Origin: Camelus dromedarius
Lineage: Eukaryota
Assembly: GCF_036321535.1 (NCBI RefSeq)
Contig: NC_087438.1
Coordinates: 2,110,001-2,174,000, forward strand
Length of the DNA stretch: 64,000 bases
Direction of reading: 5' to 3'
Shown: positions 11,090-23,000 of the stretch, piece after piece
Numbering within the stretch: position 1 is the first letter of the stretch
How the letters are laid out: each line of letters starts with the position of its first letter
Position numbers and translations under genes: made by a program
Notes under the pieces: model-generated
Seen by the model: the letters and a program-made list of their open reading frames with translations, nothing else
Told to the model about the DNA's origin: nothing
Databases searched by the model: none

Positions 11090-12563
11090 GATGCCCCGGC
11101 TGGTGACAGCTGAGAACTGTGAAGGCTTGTGAATTACCAGCAAGACGGGCCCACTTCTCCCTTCCATGCACAGAAGTCACTGAATGCAGGCATTTGGGGA
11201 CATTCACAGATTATGAGAAGAACCCCATCTCCCAAATGATCTTCCCTTTAAGTCCTGCTACCCTGTGTCCCTGGAAGAGTGACAGCCTGCCATCCTGCCA
11301 GGAGCAGTGAGGAGGCCCCGAGGCTGCTTGGGTTTCTTACGGCCCCTTCCGGTCGAAGAGCAGAAGCTGCCAGAGTCCACCTGTCCCCATCCTTCTGGTC
11401 AATTCTTTGTTCTCTTGGCTTCTTTTCTGCTGGTTTCCTTCTCATTGGAACCTCCTCAGCTCCCCAGAAAGTCTGCATGTGGGTCTGGATCATGGCTTCC
11501 TGTGAACCCGCTGAAGGCAAACCCTGCCTTTGACCAACATGGGGGGCCTTAAAGGGACTGCAGGCACCTTGCAGCCACACCTCCCAGGGGTGGGGGGGCA
11601 GGCAGGAAACCCCAGTGAAGGCAGCATCTATTGTCTAGGGTCACAGGATCTGGGGATGGAGATCTCGTGACCTGTCAGGCCTGAAGCTCCAACCTGGGGA
11701 CACTGAGGTCGGGTGTAACTCCCCAGCCTGGCCCCTGTGTGTCCACCCAGACCACCTCTTACTTAAGAAGGAAGCCCACTCCCCTGGCAAGGGGTCCCCA
11801 CCCTCACTGCGTCTGGGCAACCCCAGGAGCTTCCTGGTTACGCACCACAGATGAAGCATTTCCAGGGGGCGATTCCTTTGGGTTTGGACCATCACATCGT
11901 CTGACTCTGTAGAGCCCTGCACGGCGCCTGTGAGTTCTGTTAGGCAGTGAAGAGCGGGGTTGGCTAATTTCCACTGCTAGATCATGTGTTCTGTAGACGT
12001 TAAACTTCTTTGTAAAGGAACTTCCTGTCGGCCTAAGTGAGGCCCCTTGCTTCAGTCAGGCACAGAGATTCTGGACACAGGTCTGGTCTGAAGGGCGGAT
12101 CTGAGCCCTCCTGACCGCCCCGCTCGTCGGCAATCCCGGGTGGCCTGCCTGCTCTGGGCGAGCCCGGAGCAGGACTCCCCGGTGCACCCTTTGCCTGTCT
12201 CCGGCTGGGCGCCAGGTGTCTGGACCCGCACTAGCCAGGGCAGCTCTGCTTGCAACTCCGTCAGTGATTTTCTAAACCGATCAGAGAGGGGCTTTAAAAA
12301 ACAGCGCAGGCACACGCGCACCACGTCAGAAGGGTGCTGGCTCCACTTGCTCCTGGAAACCACACCGATGTGCCCTGGGCTGTGGTGCTCCCCACGGCAA
12401 ACAGCCCTCCTTCCTCGCCGCTTCCAAAGGCGACGATATCCACCTGGTTAAAATCTGTCGTTGAGAATGCTGAGTTCCAAAGCGTTCACGAACTGGGAGT
12501 TTATATTGTGCTGATCTTTGAAAGATACCAGCCAGTTCAGTGCTAGAGTGATGGGCACAACAG

Positions 12564-12632
12564 TGTGCACACACACCCACTCACACTCTCAGTCTCCTGC
12601 ACCCACACTCACACACTCACACACACACACAC
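12564..12632. repeat. Imperfect (CA)n microsatellite
   Basis: Interrupted CA/CACT runs seen directly. Confidence 0.8.
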
Positions 12633-12669
12633 GTGGTAATCACTAGTGTTCTATGATAGACAGGACATA

Positions 12670-12991
12670 TATATATTTTTTTAATTGAAGTACAGACAGT
12701 TTACAATGTGTCAATCTCTGGTGTGCAGCATAATGTTTCAGTCATACATACACACACATATATTTGTTTTGTTTCATATTCTTTTTTATCATAGGTCACT
12801 ACAAGGTAGTGAATGCAGTTCCCTGTGCTCTACGGCAGAAGCTGCTTGTTCGTCTATTTTATATATAGTAGTTCATACCTGCAAATCTCGCACTCCCAAT
12901 TTATCCCTTCATTCTAAGTGAAGTGAGCCAGAGACAGAAAGAAAAATACCACATGATATCACTTATGTGTGGAATCTGAAAAAAGAAAAAA
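12670..12991 (-). mobile_element. 5'-inverted (twin-primed) L1 insertion with target-site duplication
   Basis: About 12670-12910 is the minus-strand L1 3'UTR and tail. 12911-12995 is the plus-strand end of ORF2 (ATTCTAAGTGAAGTGAGCCAGAGACAGAAAGAAAAATACCACATGATATCACTTATGTGTGGAATCT). The direct repeat AGACAGGACATA lies at 12658-12669 and 12992-13003. Confidence 0.9.
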
Positions 12992-14132
12992 AGACAGGAC
13001 ATACGTCTTTTATACGCAAACCACGTCACACGTGCGCTCACGCACTCACCATGGCAGTATTCTGCAGTGTATAAGGCATGTTCCACTCGTGAAGAGAATG
13101 TGTGTTTTCTGTGTACACACGCACAGAGGCCATGTACGACCTCTGCACAAGCCACACGCACACACATGCTCACACATCATCGCTGTAGTGTTCGGTAACA
13201 TACAGAATCTATATTTGACATGTATACAGAATGAATATATATATATTCTATATGCAAACCACACACACACACACACACCACCATCCTTTGCAACGCATCC
13301 TCCACGATGCAGATAAAGGGTGTATTTGTATTTTCCTAACCTTTTGAAGGGTGAACCCCTAAGTCTCCTCCAGTGTAAATAATGCATTGAAGTAAAATAT
13401 GGACTGTCAAAGTGGGGCAGCAATTAATTATATAGCACATAAATCCTTCCTTCCAAATGACTAATACACGGTCCTTTGTGCATAAATGTTTCTCTGAATT
13501 TTGTTTGAACGCCTAACCTCCTAACATCAGATGGTGCCGTCAGGATAATTTTCATTAGAAAAATAATTATAGGCTAAATATAGTTAATAAAACATTAACT
13601 ATAAATTTGAATATTTTAAAAGCATGTCCTTCTAGAAGCAGCTTCTAATGAATTTTGATGAAAATACCATGATTACTTAAGAAAAATAAATAGACGTGAT
13701 TATTACACACAGTCGTGAGATTGATGAATTACAGAAAATAATTTTAACTTGGAAGTAATTATTCTGGGGAAATCTGCTTCAGAAAATTGATGATTATAAG
13801 AAGAAAAGAAAAAACGAATCATTCTTCACGGATGACAGAAAATTTGGTCTAATTTTGATCCATTCTAGAGTCTTGAATTCGCAGTTACTAGTCAATCATA
13901 AATCCTCAAGCTTTAACTTTAAAATAACATGAAAACCTAGCTTTCCACTGAAAGATTTCCAAAGGAGATAAAGTCCCATAACCCGGCTTCCCAGTGGCTC
14001 TGAGGAGGGCCGCCCCCTCCCGCTGTGACCCAGAGGGAGGGCTCGGAGGCTGGGCCGCGCCCCTGCGGAGCCCGGGGAGGGAGGCAGCGGTGAGCACGGC
14101 CCATGCAGAGGCTCACACGGACTGCAGCCTCA

Positions 14133-14180
14133 CATCCCCGTTTCACAGAGGAGCAAGTCGAGGCTCAGAGAGGTTCAGGA
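14133..14180 (-). mobile_element. MIR core fragment
   Basis: ATCCCCGTTTCACAGAGGAGCAAGTCGAGGCTCAGAGAGGTT is the antisense MIR core. Confidence 0.6.
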
Positions 14181-16742
14181 TGTCAGCTGGATTGCTGCCA
14201 GCTCTGACAGCAGTGCCCACCGCCCCACACCACCTGCCCCCACGTGAGCGGGGGAGGTCTGGCTTCCCCCGGCAGCGTCCGTCTCTGAGCCCTCAGCACC
14301 GGTCCTCCTCGACCCCCTCGCAGCTGGCCCCTCTGGACCCCCCACAACCGCACTGTGCTGTCTCTGCGGTCACAGTGGTGCTCACACCCAGGATGAGTCC
14401 AGCAGGGGCACAGGGTGTGAGGGTCACTCACACCTCAACCCCCAGGCCACCTGGCATCTGGCACCACCCGCCTGGCCGCCACTCCTCACGTCCGCCCATG
14501 TCGCCCGCATCATCCCCGACCCAGCACTGGCTCCCAGCCTGATGGTTCAATCATGAATGAATGAGAAACACAGGGATCACATTTCCGGGAAATCACATGC
14601 TATTTGACAAATGAGTAGAAATCTCTGGCAAATTCATTTAGGATTTTTTTTCTTGCCTCAAAGTATGAAAAATGAGCATGAGAAGTCACAAAAGTTTGAA
14701 CATGACATTTCTCACCCATCCGTGCCCTGCAGCGATGCGGTAAATAACTGCGCTGAGCTGTACCAGACGGAAGGGGCCCGCCCCGCTGCGGGCGTGAGAA
14801 CGTGGGTCGAGCATTTCCTCACTCACCCTCCTTGGACAGAGAAAGTGCCTCCTTGGGTGGGGCCGGACTCCACGTGGGAAATGCCAGGCTTGCAAAGACG
14901 TTCACAGCGACAGAGACTAGTGTCTTCAAGCACAGGATGCTTTCCTTAGAGGGTCTCATCCCGTGAGCAGGAAAGCCTCTCGCTTAATTGTGCTTTAAAC
15001 CTCCCACGTCTGCAGGCGGCTGCATCCTCTCCAAGTCCCTTCCAATGAAACTATGACTTTACGGTCACTTAGGCCCACTTGTTTCCCAGGATCAGGCTCA
15101 GAGAGGACGTGTGTGAAGTTGGACAGATCAGGGGCCCTCCGGCTCCTCCTCCCCTGTGGGTGGGAGTTGGGGCACCGGGGAGGACCCTCTGGCTCGGGCG
15201 TGGCCTGCTGTGGCCCCTGGCTCACTCCAAGCCCCCTGTGTCCTCTCACTCAGCGGCCAGGGCAGGGGGACGAGGTTTCTCTTCCCAACCACAATCAGAG
15301 TTACTTGGAGCCCGGCTCTGGGGTTGGGGGACGTCATGCCCCGGAATCTTGGATCCAGACGAGCTGAGAAGGGGCAGCTGGCGGGATGTGGGTGCCTGTG
15401 GGTGTACTGCCTGTGGGGTGTGGGGGTGCTGCGGGCTTTGGGTTCTCCCTGAGCCTTCGGTGGGGCTGCACCCTCCCCCTGCCCAGGCACCTGCGGAGGG
15501 GTTGGGGTGGGGCACTGGAGGGTGCTTCCCTAGAGGGGCTGAGCCTGTGGGCCAGGGAGCGCCCTTGGCTCTGCACTCCCACATCAGGACGGAGTCGGGT
15601 CCCTCTGCCTCTGCACCTGCCTGTCCAGCCCTCCCTGATCCCTCTTGGTGCAGGGCAAAACCGCCTGGGCCGGCGGTGCCTGTGTCCCCCGACCTGCTCT
15701 GTCTTTGCCTGCCGCCACCCCTTGCAAGGTGCTATTCTTTCCCTGAGGCTCATCCCCTCTCACCTCAGTTCTCTCCCAATTCTCAGTATCCAGGGTGCCT
15801 GCCTAGCCAAACCGACACCAGAGGTGAGACTCCCTCCTGTCTCCTGGCCCTGGTTCTTCTCAACAGGGAGCTGTTGGCCCAAGGGCCAAAGTCCCCGAGT
15901 TCCTCAGCCTCAGCGCTTCCCAGACCCCCAGACAGTGCTGCCCACTCCTTGTTCTGACGGCTCCAGGTGACTTTGGACTGGTGCCACTGGGCATGCCCCC
16001 AGCAAACCCCACAGCCCCTCGAACTTGACCTGTAAACTGCAGGTGCCCAGGGATGCCTGCTGCATTGAATGAAGATTCAGGGGTGCAAATGGGAGCTTTT
16101 CTAGCCCTGAAGTGGGGGGAGTGGCTCCCCCATCCCCAAGAGCTCCTCTTCGTCACCTGTGAGGATCCCAGAGAAGCCCACTCTGTGCTCACCCAGGGAG
16201 GAGTTTGGGGGTGCCGTGGGGTTGGGGGGTGGTCAGAGGGAGGCAGTGGTGGGAGACAAGTGTGAGCAAACATGGTTTGGAAAAGCCAGAGCCCGGGAGG
16301 AAGGGCCAGCGAGGAGATTCTCACACTGGAGCAGGTGGGCAGGTGAGGCTGCAGGTGGTTGCATGTCACTTAAAATAACACGATTCAGTGATGCGGCGAA
16401 CAGAAAGCACCAGGGAATTCCCCGCATACCAGGCACAAAGCCGAGGAGGGAGGGCGGGTGCCCGTCACCCGTAATTACCACAAATCAACAGCATTCATTA
16501 CTGAGACTTAACGTCTTCAAATGGCCAGAGAGGCCACCAGAAAGACGCCTGCCTCGCTTTCCTGCTGCGGTCAGGGACTGGAGAGTGAGCTGCGTGGATC
16601 CGTGGCCTCCTCACGGGTCCACTGCCTTCCCGCGACGGCAGAGGGGACAGTGCCGGTCACCGCGCCGAGGGGCACGATCAGGAGACTAAGTTTTGCTTTG
16701 TACGTCTTGAAACCGAGTCAGATGGTCTCTTTTCTACATTTG

Positions 16743-16757
16743 TCTCTCCCTCTCTCT

Positions 16758-16785
<28 letters not shown>
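16743..16785. repeat. Compound (CT)n(TG)13 microsatellite
   Basis: Seen directly; the TG run spans 16759-16784. Confidence 0.95.
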
Positions 16786-16788
<3 letters not shown>

Positions 16789-18170
16789 GGTGCACGCACA
16801 AACACTGAGAGGCCCGCGGGGACGTCCAAAATGCAGTTGCCAAAATTTTTGGTGGGTTCGTTGTCAGTGAATCAGAAACACATGACTTAAATTACCATAA
16901 AAATGCATGTTTGAAATTGAATAAAAACTGTCTTTGGCAAATGAACGCTCCGTATCATCAGAGAGGAAGCTGACGTGGCCTGAGGGGCGGGGCTGACACA
17001 CGCGGGGGCGCCTGTGCCGGGCTGGGCCGCAGCAGAGATGCGTCGCCCTGACCCCGGCCCCCAGGGCGCCCCCGCCCCCGGCCCCGCCAGCAGCTCCCCC
17101 CCCCCCCCCGGGAGCGCCCGGCCCGTGATCTCCTGCGCTTTCCTCCCGGGAGCCCAGCGCCAAGGCGCGGCCGGTCACACTGGTCCCCCTGCAGGGAGGC
17201 GGCCGTCCTCACCCGCGCGATGAAGGGCCCCCCTCCGTGGGCCGGCAGGCGCCCTCACTTCTGTGAGTTGGGACCATAGTGGGCCACGTGTCCTCCAGTT
17301 TTATAGAAATGACAGGGCGCCCAGCTTACATTCTGGGTTTACTTCCCATGAGATGGGAGAGAAAGAGAAGTCCGCAAGGGCGGCTACTGCGTCTGTCTCC
17401 TGACCTCCATCCTCACAGCTGCACGGTCTCCTGGCTCAGGCAGGCTCCTCGGAGCGTGTGTCCTACAGACAGGAATGTGGAGTCAGCCCGCGGGGACAGG
17501 TGGTCCTTGGCCGAGGCCTCGATTTCTTTGCACCCGTCACTCCGTCCAGGGTCTCGTTCACCAGGCACCCTGAGCTCCTGGACGCTCACGAGGCTGGGGA
17601 CCTCCACGCTAACTCATTCTTCTTAGTCACGTGGGGATAATCTGCTTCAGGAAGCCCGGCTCTGTGCTGTCAACATGGCGAGTCCCTTGTTCCATCTCAC
17701 TGCTCAGTGGGGCCGTGGTTTCACTGGCCGTGGTCGCCACCCCAGCCAATGCCTCCCCGACTCACACACGCGGTGACACAGAGCATCGTTTTCCCAAAGA
17801 CACCAGTTGGGTCCAAGGGGAAGGCCTCCTGCGCTTCAGCCCCGAGGAAGGTCCCATGAAGGCTGTGGCGGTCCCAGGGCCAGCGCCTGGGCGGGAGGCT
17901 GCGGCACTGGGCGGGGACCGAGCTGCAGGCGCTGGAGGGGGGGGTGGCCAGCAGCCTGCGTCCTCTATCAGGGGCAGGGGCGAGTCTCCACGCAGCTCGC
18001 CGCCCCCGCGGCGCTGGCGCCCTTTTACTTTTCCCTGCTCTTTTGCGTTTCTGTTTGTGGTCCTAGAAGCACAAGCCACCCCAGCATTTCCAGCAGCTGC
18101 ATGTGGGAGTAGAGGAACATTTTACAAAATTAAATAATTCATATTTTTCTCAAATCGAAGCTTAAGAGGA

Positions 18171-18613
18171 TACGGTAGTTTCCTGGGAGAGCTGTAACAG
18201 GTGCCCACAAACCGGGAGGCTTAAAGTAACAGAAGTGGATTCTCTCCCATTTCTGGAGGCTGGAGGTCTGAGACCGCAGTGTCCGCAGGGCTGCATCTGC
18301 CCGAGGGACCCAGGGGAGGCTCCTTCCTGCCCCTCGGGGCTCAGGGCTGCAGGAGCTCCCGGGCTCTCTGACCTGCAGCTGCACCCTTCAGCCGCTGCCC
18401 CTGGCTTCACGAGGCCCTGTCCCTGTGTGACTGTCTTCACGTGGCCTCCTTATCAGGACGCCAGTCATTGGACTTAAAACCCACCCGCTCCAGGGCGCGC
18501 CCGTCCTAACTTGAGGACATCTGCAGAGACCCGGTCTCCAAATCAGGGCACATCCACAGGGGCCGGAGTCAGGACTTCAACTTACCTTTTTGGGGACACA
18601 GTTCACCCCAGAG
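18171..18613 (-). mobile_element. Solo LTR, MLT1B/C-like
   Basis: TAGTTTCCTGGGAGAGCTGTAACA...GGCTTAAAGTAACAGAAG...TCTGGAGGCTGGAGGTCTGAGA...CTTATCAGGACGCCAGTCATTGGACT...TTTTGGGGACACAGTTCA. Confidence 0.85.
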
Positions 18614-19799
18614 AGAGGGTTAGTGGCAGGTATTAAGTGTGACACCAATTTCTTATATCAACAACAGGATGGATGTTGAATGCTAGATTTGCAAATACAT
18701 TTACTTTCTTAAAACATACTTAAGTTGAAACAAACAGAAATTAGTGTTTTTACTTATTTTGTTTTACATTGTTGATATTCTGGCATTACAATATGTATTT
18801 TAATAGGATTTAAATATTTTTAAGAGGAAAACAATTGAGAACATAGATGAGTTAGTTTTTAATTTTAAAATTTACTGTATTTGAATATATTCAAATTTCC
18901 GATTATTTGTCTCTAACATAATTTTATTTCTAAACACTTTAAATCTTTATTCTTGACAGAACAGAAAAGATGTAAACATCCTGATTACAACAGTGTAACT
19001 AATGATTTTGCTGAAACAAAGGCAAGAAAAAAATAATCATATGAAATAAACATATAATTTATGAATTATGGAAGTTGGTACTTTTTCCCGGTGTAGCGCT
19101 GCCAGCTCACCAGCGGAGCCCCAGGCAGGTGTAACGAGAGCCATAAAACTGTTTTTGCTATTTCGCCAACTTGTAGTTCTGGGACACTTCAGCTCCAGGG
19201 CTCTTTGAAAGCTGTCATTTTGCAGGTATATTTGTAAAGCAGAAGAATACAATGTGTCTATCAATTTTCAAGCTTTGTTTCCAACTGTTAAATATTTGGG
19301 TATTTGGTCGGTGGGCCCCCGACAGCAGTCTTGCCCTGAGCCCAGGAACACCAGGGACAGAACTGCAGGGGAGGCGGAGGGGCGGGGCGATCGGAGCCCC
19401 GTGTTCCTGAGTCCGGTGTAGAAGAAAGAGGTAAATGGGGGCCGGACACGATGCACCCCAGCCCAGCTTCTGTCTTCACAGAGAGTTTGCAGACGCATGG
19501 CTGAGAATGGATCCTGAACCCTGCTCGCTGGGAGGTCTGTGCTGGCGGGACGGCCGCTGCTTTCCAACTTGCATTTCATGTGTGTCCCCTGGGATGAGCT
19601 CATCCGCCCTGGATCCCAGTGCACCTCATCACAGCAGCTGGAAAACATCTTTCTCTCTGGGCTCCTACTGCGCTGGGGCCCGAGTCACATCAACTAAGGC
19701 TTCATTCTCTTACAGACATGCCCTGGGGGCCCAGGACGTGGTTCTCAAAGCTCTTACACGTCCGTGGTGTCTTTGCAGCCTCCTGACTCTTCTGTGAGC

Positions 19800-20000
19800 T
19801 GATGGACACAGGGCGAGGTGGGCGAGTGGTGGAATCTCCTTCGTGTATGAGCAGCAGGTGTCTCAGAACCGCAAAGTCTACACTGAGGAGGAATTTCCCA
19901 GGCTTCTTCCCTCTCCTCCTCGGCTCTCCTGACTCCACCTCCCATTGGCCAAAACCAACAGGGAGCCCAGAACCAGGGCTCCTGGGTGCAGCCCCAACGG
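19800..20000 (-). mobile_element. ERVL LTR fragment (LTR33/LTR41-like)
   Basis: CCTCCCATTGGCCAAAACCAACAGGGAGCCCAG resembles the antisense of the LTR33-class GGTTGGGTTCGGCCAATGGGAGG motif. Confidence 0.5.
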
Positions 20001-23000
20001 GAGCGAGGCTGCCTTCCCCGCACAGAGCCAGGCAGACCGGGGCCCCGCTGCCTGGAGCCTCGCTGTCTGCCCACAGCACCCTTGCCCGTGCCCGTCCACG
20101 TAGTGTGGCACCGCGTGCGGCGATGGGGCCTCACGCCCCGGCTGAGCCGCCCTCCTCCTGAGACAAAACCAGAAATGTCTTCTTGGGAGCTCCTTGCTGG
20201 AGCTCCTCCCGGCCCTGCTCATGAATTTGGACCCTTCCCGACTCCTCCCGCCTCCTTCCTCCTGCCCTCCCTCAGGCGGCTGCGCTGGATCCCCCGCCCC
20301 TGCTGGCCTCCCTTCCGAGAACCACCCCTCCAGGGTCTGGGGGGACCGCAGGCGTCGCAGTCCCGAGCATCCTTGGCATCCCAGGGGCTTTCGTTTCTCG
20401 ACACCCTCCCAGGTGCGGCGCAAGGCTGCCGCGTGACACTAGCAAAGCCCTCCTCATCGGGACCGAGTCCCTCACCTGGGGCAGGATGGCAGGTGTCTCC
20501 TAGGCCTTCCTGTTCTTAACCATCAGGACCTCCATCACCAGAGCAGGGGCTGAGTAGTAACACTGGGATGTTTCCACTTAACCTTCTAGTCACGCCAGCA
20601 CTTTGCAGTCACTGCTTCTGTTTTTAGTGACTGACGAAGCGCGGTCACCTGCCCTGTGGACCCTGTCCCCTCCCTCCCCTCCCTCCCCCTCCCCCGGCCC
20701 TCCCCACTCCCTCTGTCTCTTTCACAAGCACTCTTGCTCTTTTCCTTTCTTTCTTTTGGGACAGGAGTAGAGGAAAGCAAGGTCCTGGAAGGAGGGCTTC
20801 GGTTTGGTGAGAATGGATGAAGTTTCCAGGGCCGACACCCGTCTCCCTCCGGCCCCCTCTGCCGTGACCTGGCGGGCACTTGCTTCTGAGGAGGATGTGC
20901 CGATGGGAAAATGCACATTAGGAGGGCACCGGCCTTTTGCGCCAACCTCCCCTTCCTCTTCTGTGACATGGATGAAGGTGGTCTGCTTCTGGCAAAGAAA
21001 AATATCGCTGAATTGCTGGAAAGTTGCTTGCTATCTCCTTGATCTTGACGCCAGTCACACGGGCCGTCCGCCTCCTCCTCCTCAGTTTTCTCCCGTCTCA
21101 TCCATCTCAACTTCAGGAAGTCCCGACAAGTGGGACAGTAGCCAGGCTGTCCACCTCGGATGCACCCTAGATCTTGGTTCCGACCCCCAGGACGTCCAGC
21201 CCCATCTCGCATGTGAAGCCAGGTTCTCAGCTCTGGCCGCAGGTGAGGGACCCGAGGGGCTTCCGGAGGCACCGCTGCCCGGCCCAGAGGAGGGAGGCCA
21301 CGATGCCCTGAGTGCGTCCTGGTGGCCTGATGGTGTTTAAAGCTGGCCGAGCAGTCCAAGTGGGGGTGTCCTTCCCTCCGGGGTGACCTCGCAGGCCTCC
21401 TCCAGGGCCGGGCATCCCCGCTGCCCCTCCCAGGCGCCCTGGGATGCAGGATCCCGCTCTGTCCCTCCTAAGTCCACGCTCCTCCCCCCCAAGCCCCCTC
21501 CCAGCACCTCCCTCCTCGGAATGTCTGACCCAACCGGCCGGTTGCATCAGGTGTTAGATAAACCATTGTGCTGGGACGTAAGTCCACCTGAGAGAGGCGT
21601 CTCAGGAAGCAGTCACTCCAGGCCCCGGGGGGCCAGGTGCCTTGCATCATCCAGGTTCACAGACTTTTATTTAAGAGAGAAACACATACAGCAGTTTGTT
21701 CGAGGTGTTATTCACGTATCACCACCTTTTCCCATTTCTACCCGCCTAAACAGCCTTTTCTGACATTTTTTACCTAATTGCTCCCCATTCGTGAAATCTC
21801 AATAAATCATATATACTGTCCAGCTGTCTTTGTACTGTGTGTATGTCTGTCTTTGATGCATAAAAAGATTAAGATCCTTGCACCCACGAGCCAATTTTTG
21901 CTCCCTTAGGACAAGGTCGGTCGTGTCAAGGAGATAGAATTTAGACCTGAGTTTTACAGCTTGCATTTGTCCTGGAACCTCCACGGACAGATCCCAACCG
22001 CTCGGCTGAAGGGTGGGCGTAGGTTTATCCCGAGCTGTGCAGTGCCCTGACCATGGGAAGCCCCATGACCACTCTCTGCTCGCTGTGAAACCACCAAACA
22101 ACTCCACGACCCCCGCCCCCCGCCCAACCCTTCCTTAGTGTACATCCAGAGATGGCGCCAGGGTAAATTAGGCTTCAGGAAAATATACTGAGGAAGCCGC
22201 TGCATAAACAGAACGTGGAGCCTTCCTGCCCCAAAGGGCTAAAAGCACTGCTGGGCTGGACGGCAAACAGATGACCGGCCGTGCTGTTCTCCAAGGGACC
22301 CCCTTTCAGCTTCCAGGGAGAGTCCCCACGGCTCAGCCTTTTAAAAAGAAGGTGAAAAGACAAACAGTGGAAGACGCCTTGGTTGTTTAATGGCCGTGTG
22401 GTTCTTGAAGGCACCCTGGGGTGGAGCCGGGGAAGCTGTTGACCTGACGTGACCAGACCCGGCGTGATCAGTGGCCCCGATCGCAGAGCGCTGGGGTCGC
22501 GCTCCCGGGCCCCCTCGGTGCCCGCCACTCGCCAGGGATGGCAGTGCCACTTCCAGGTTGACTGCTGATCTTCTCAATGATAAACTGAGAGTGCAGACCG
22601 TTTCTGGAAGCGGAGAATAAAACCAACGAAAACCCAGAGATAAGCCAGCGAAAGCCTGGCCTGTCAAACAGGAGGCAGCCCTCCCCGCCGCGCCCGCCGT
22701 GTCCCAGCCTGTCTGCAGCAGGTGCTCGACGACAAGGGGCGTCTCCCGAGGGGCGGGTCCCACAGTCCTCAGTGAGTCAGCCCAGGAACCGCGCTTCTCA
22801 GACTGGGTGGATTGGAGCACGTGTCTTCCATCGAGTGCTCCAGAGACGCCAGGCACCTCCACACAGTCACATTCCAGCTCCGGGTCCCCTGGGGCGGCAG
22901 CCCGCACTCAGCTTCCTGGTGGAGTTTTCTCAGTCAGCCGCGATAAGGCAGCAGCAGCAACCATCGCCACATGCCAGCGAGAAGAGGGGGAGGCCGGACC

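Noticed and set aside
15079..15957. 292-aa ORF (longest in the window)
   Set aside because: Non-ATG start, Pro/Gly/Ala/Leu-rich, overlapped by long ORFs in other frames, no recognisable domain. Expected by chance in GC-rich DNA.
16413..16422. Perfect NF-kB palindrome GGGAATTCCC
   Set aside because: A single 10-mer without supporting context; plausible by chance in 64 kb.
22795..22824. FSDWVDWSTC resembling a thrombospondin type-1 WxxWxxC motif
   Set aside because: No following CSxTCG or RxRxC and no convincing exon boundaries.
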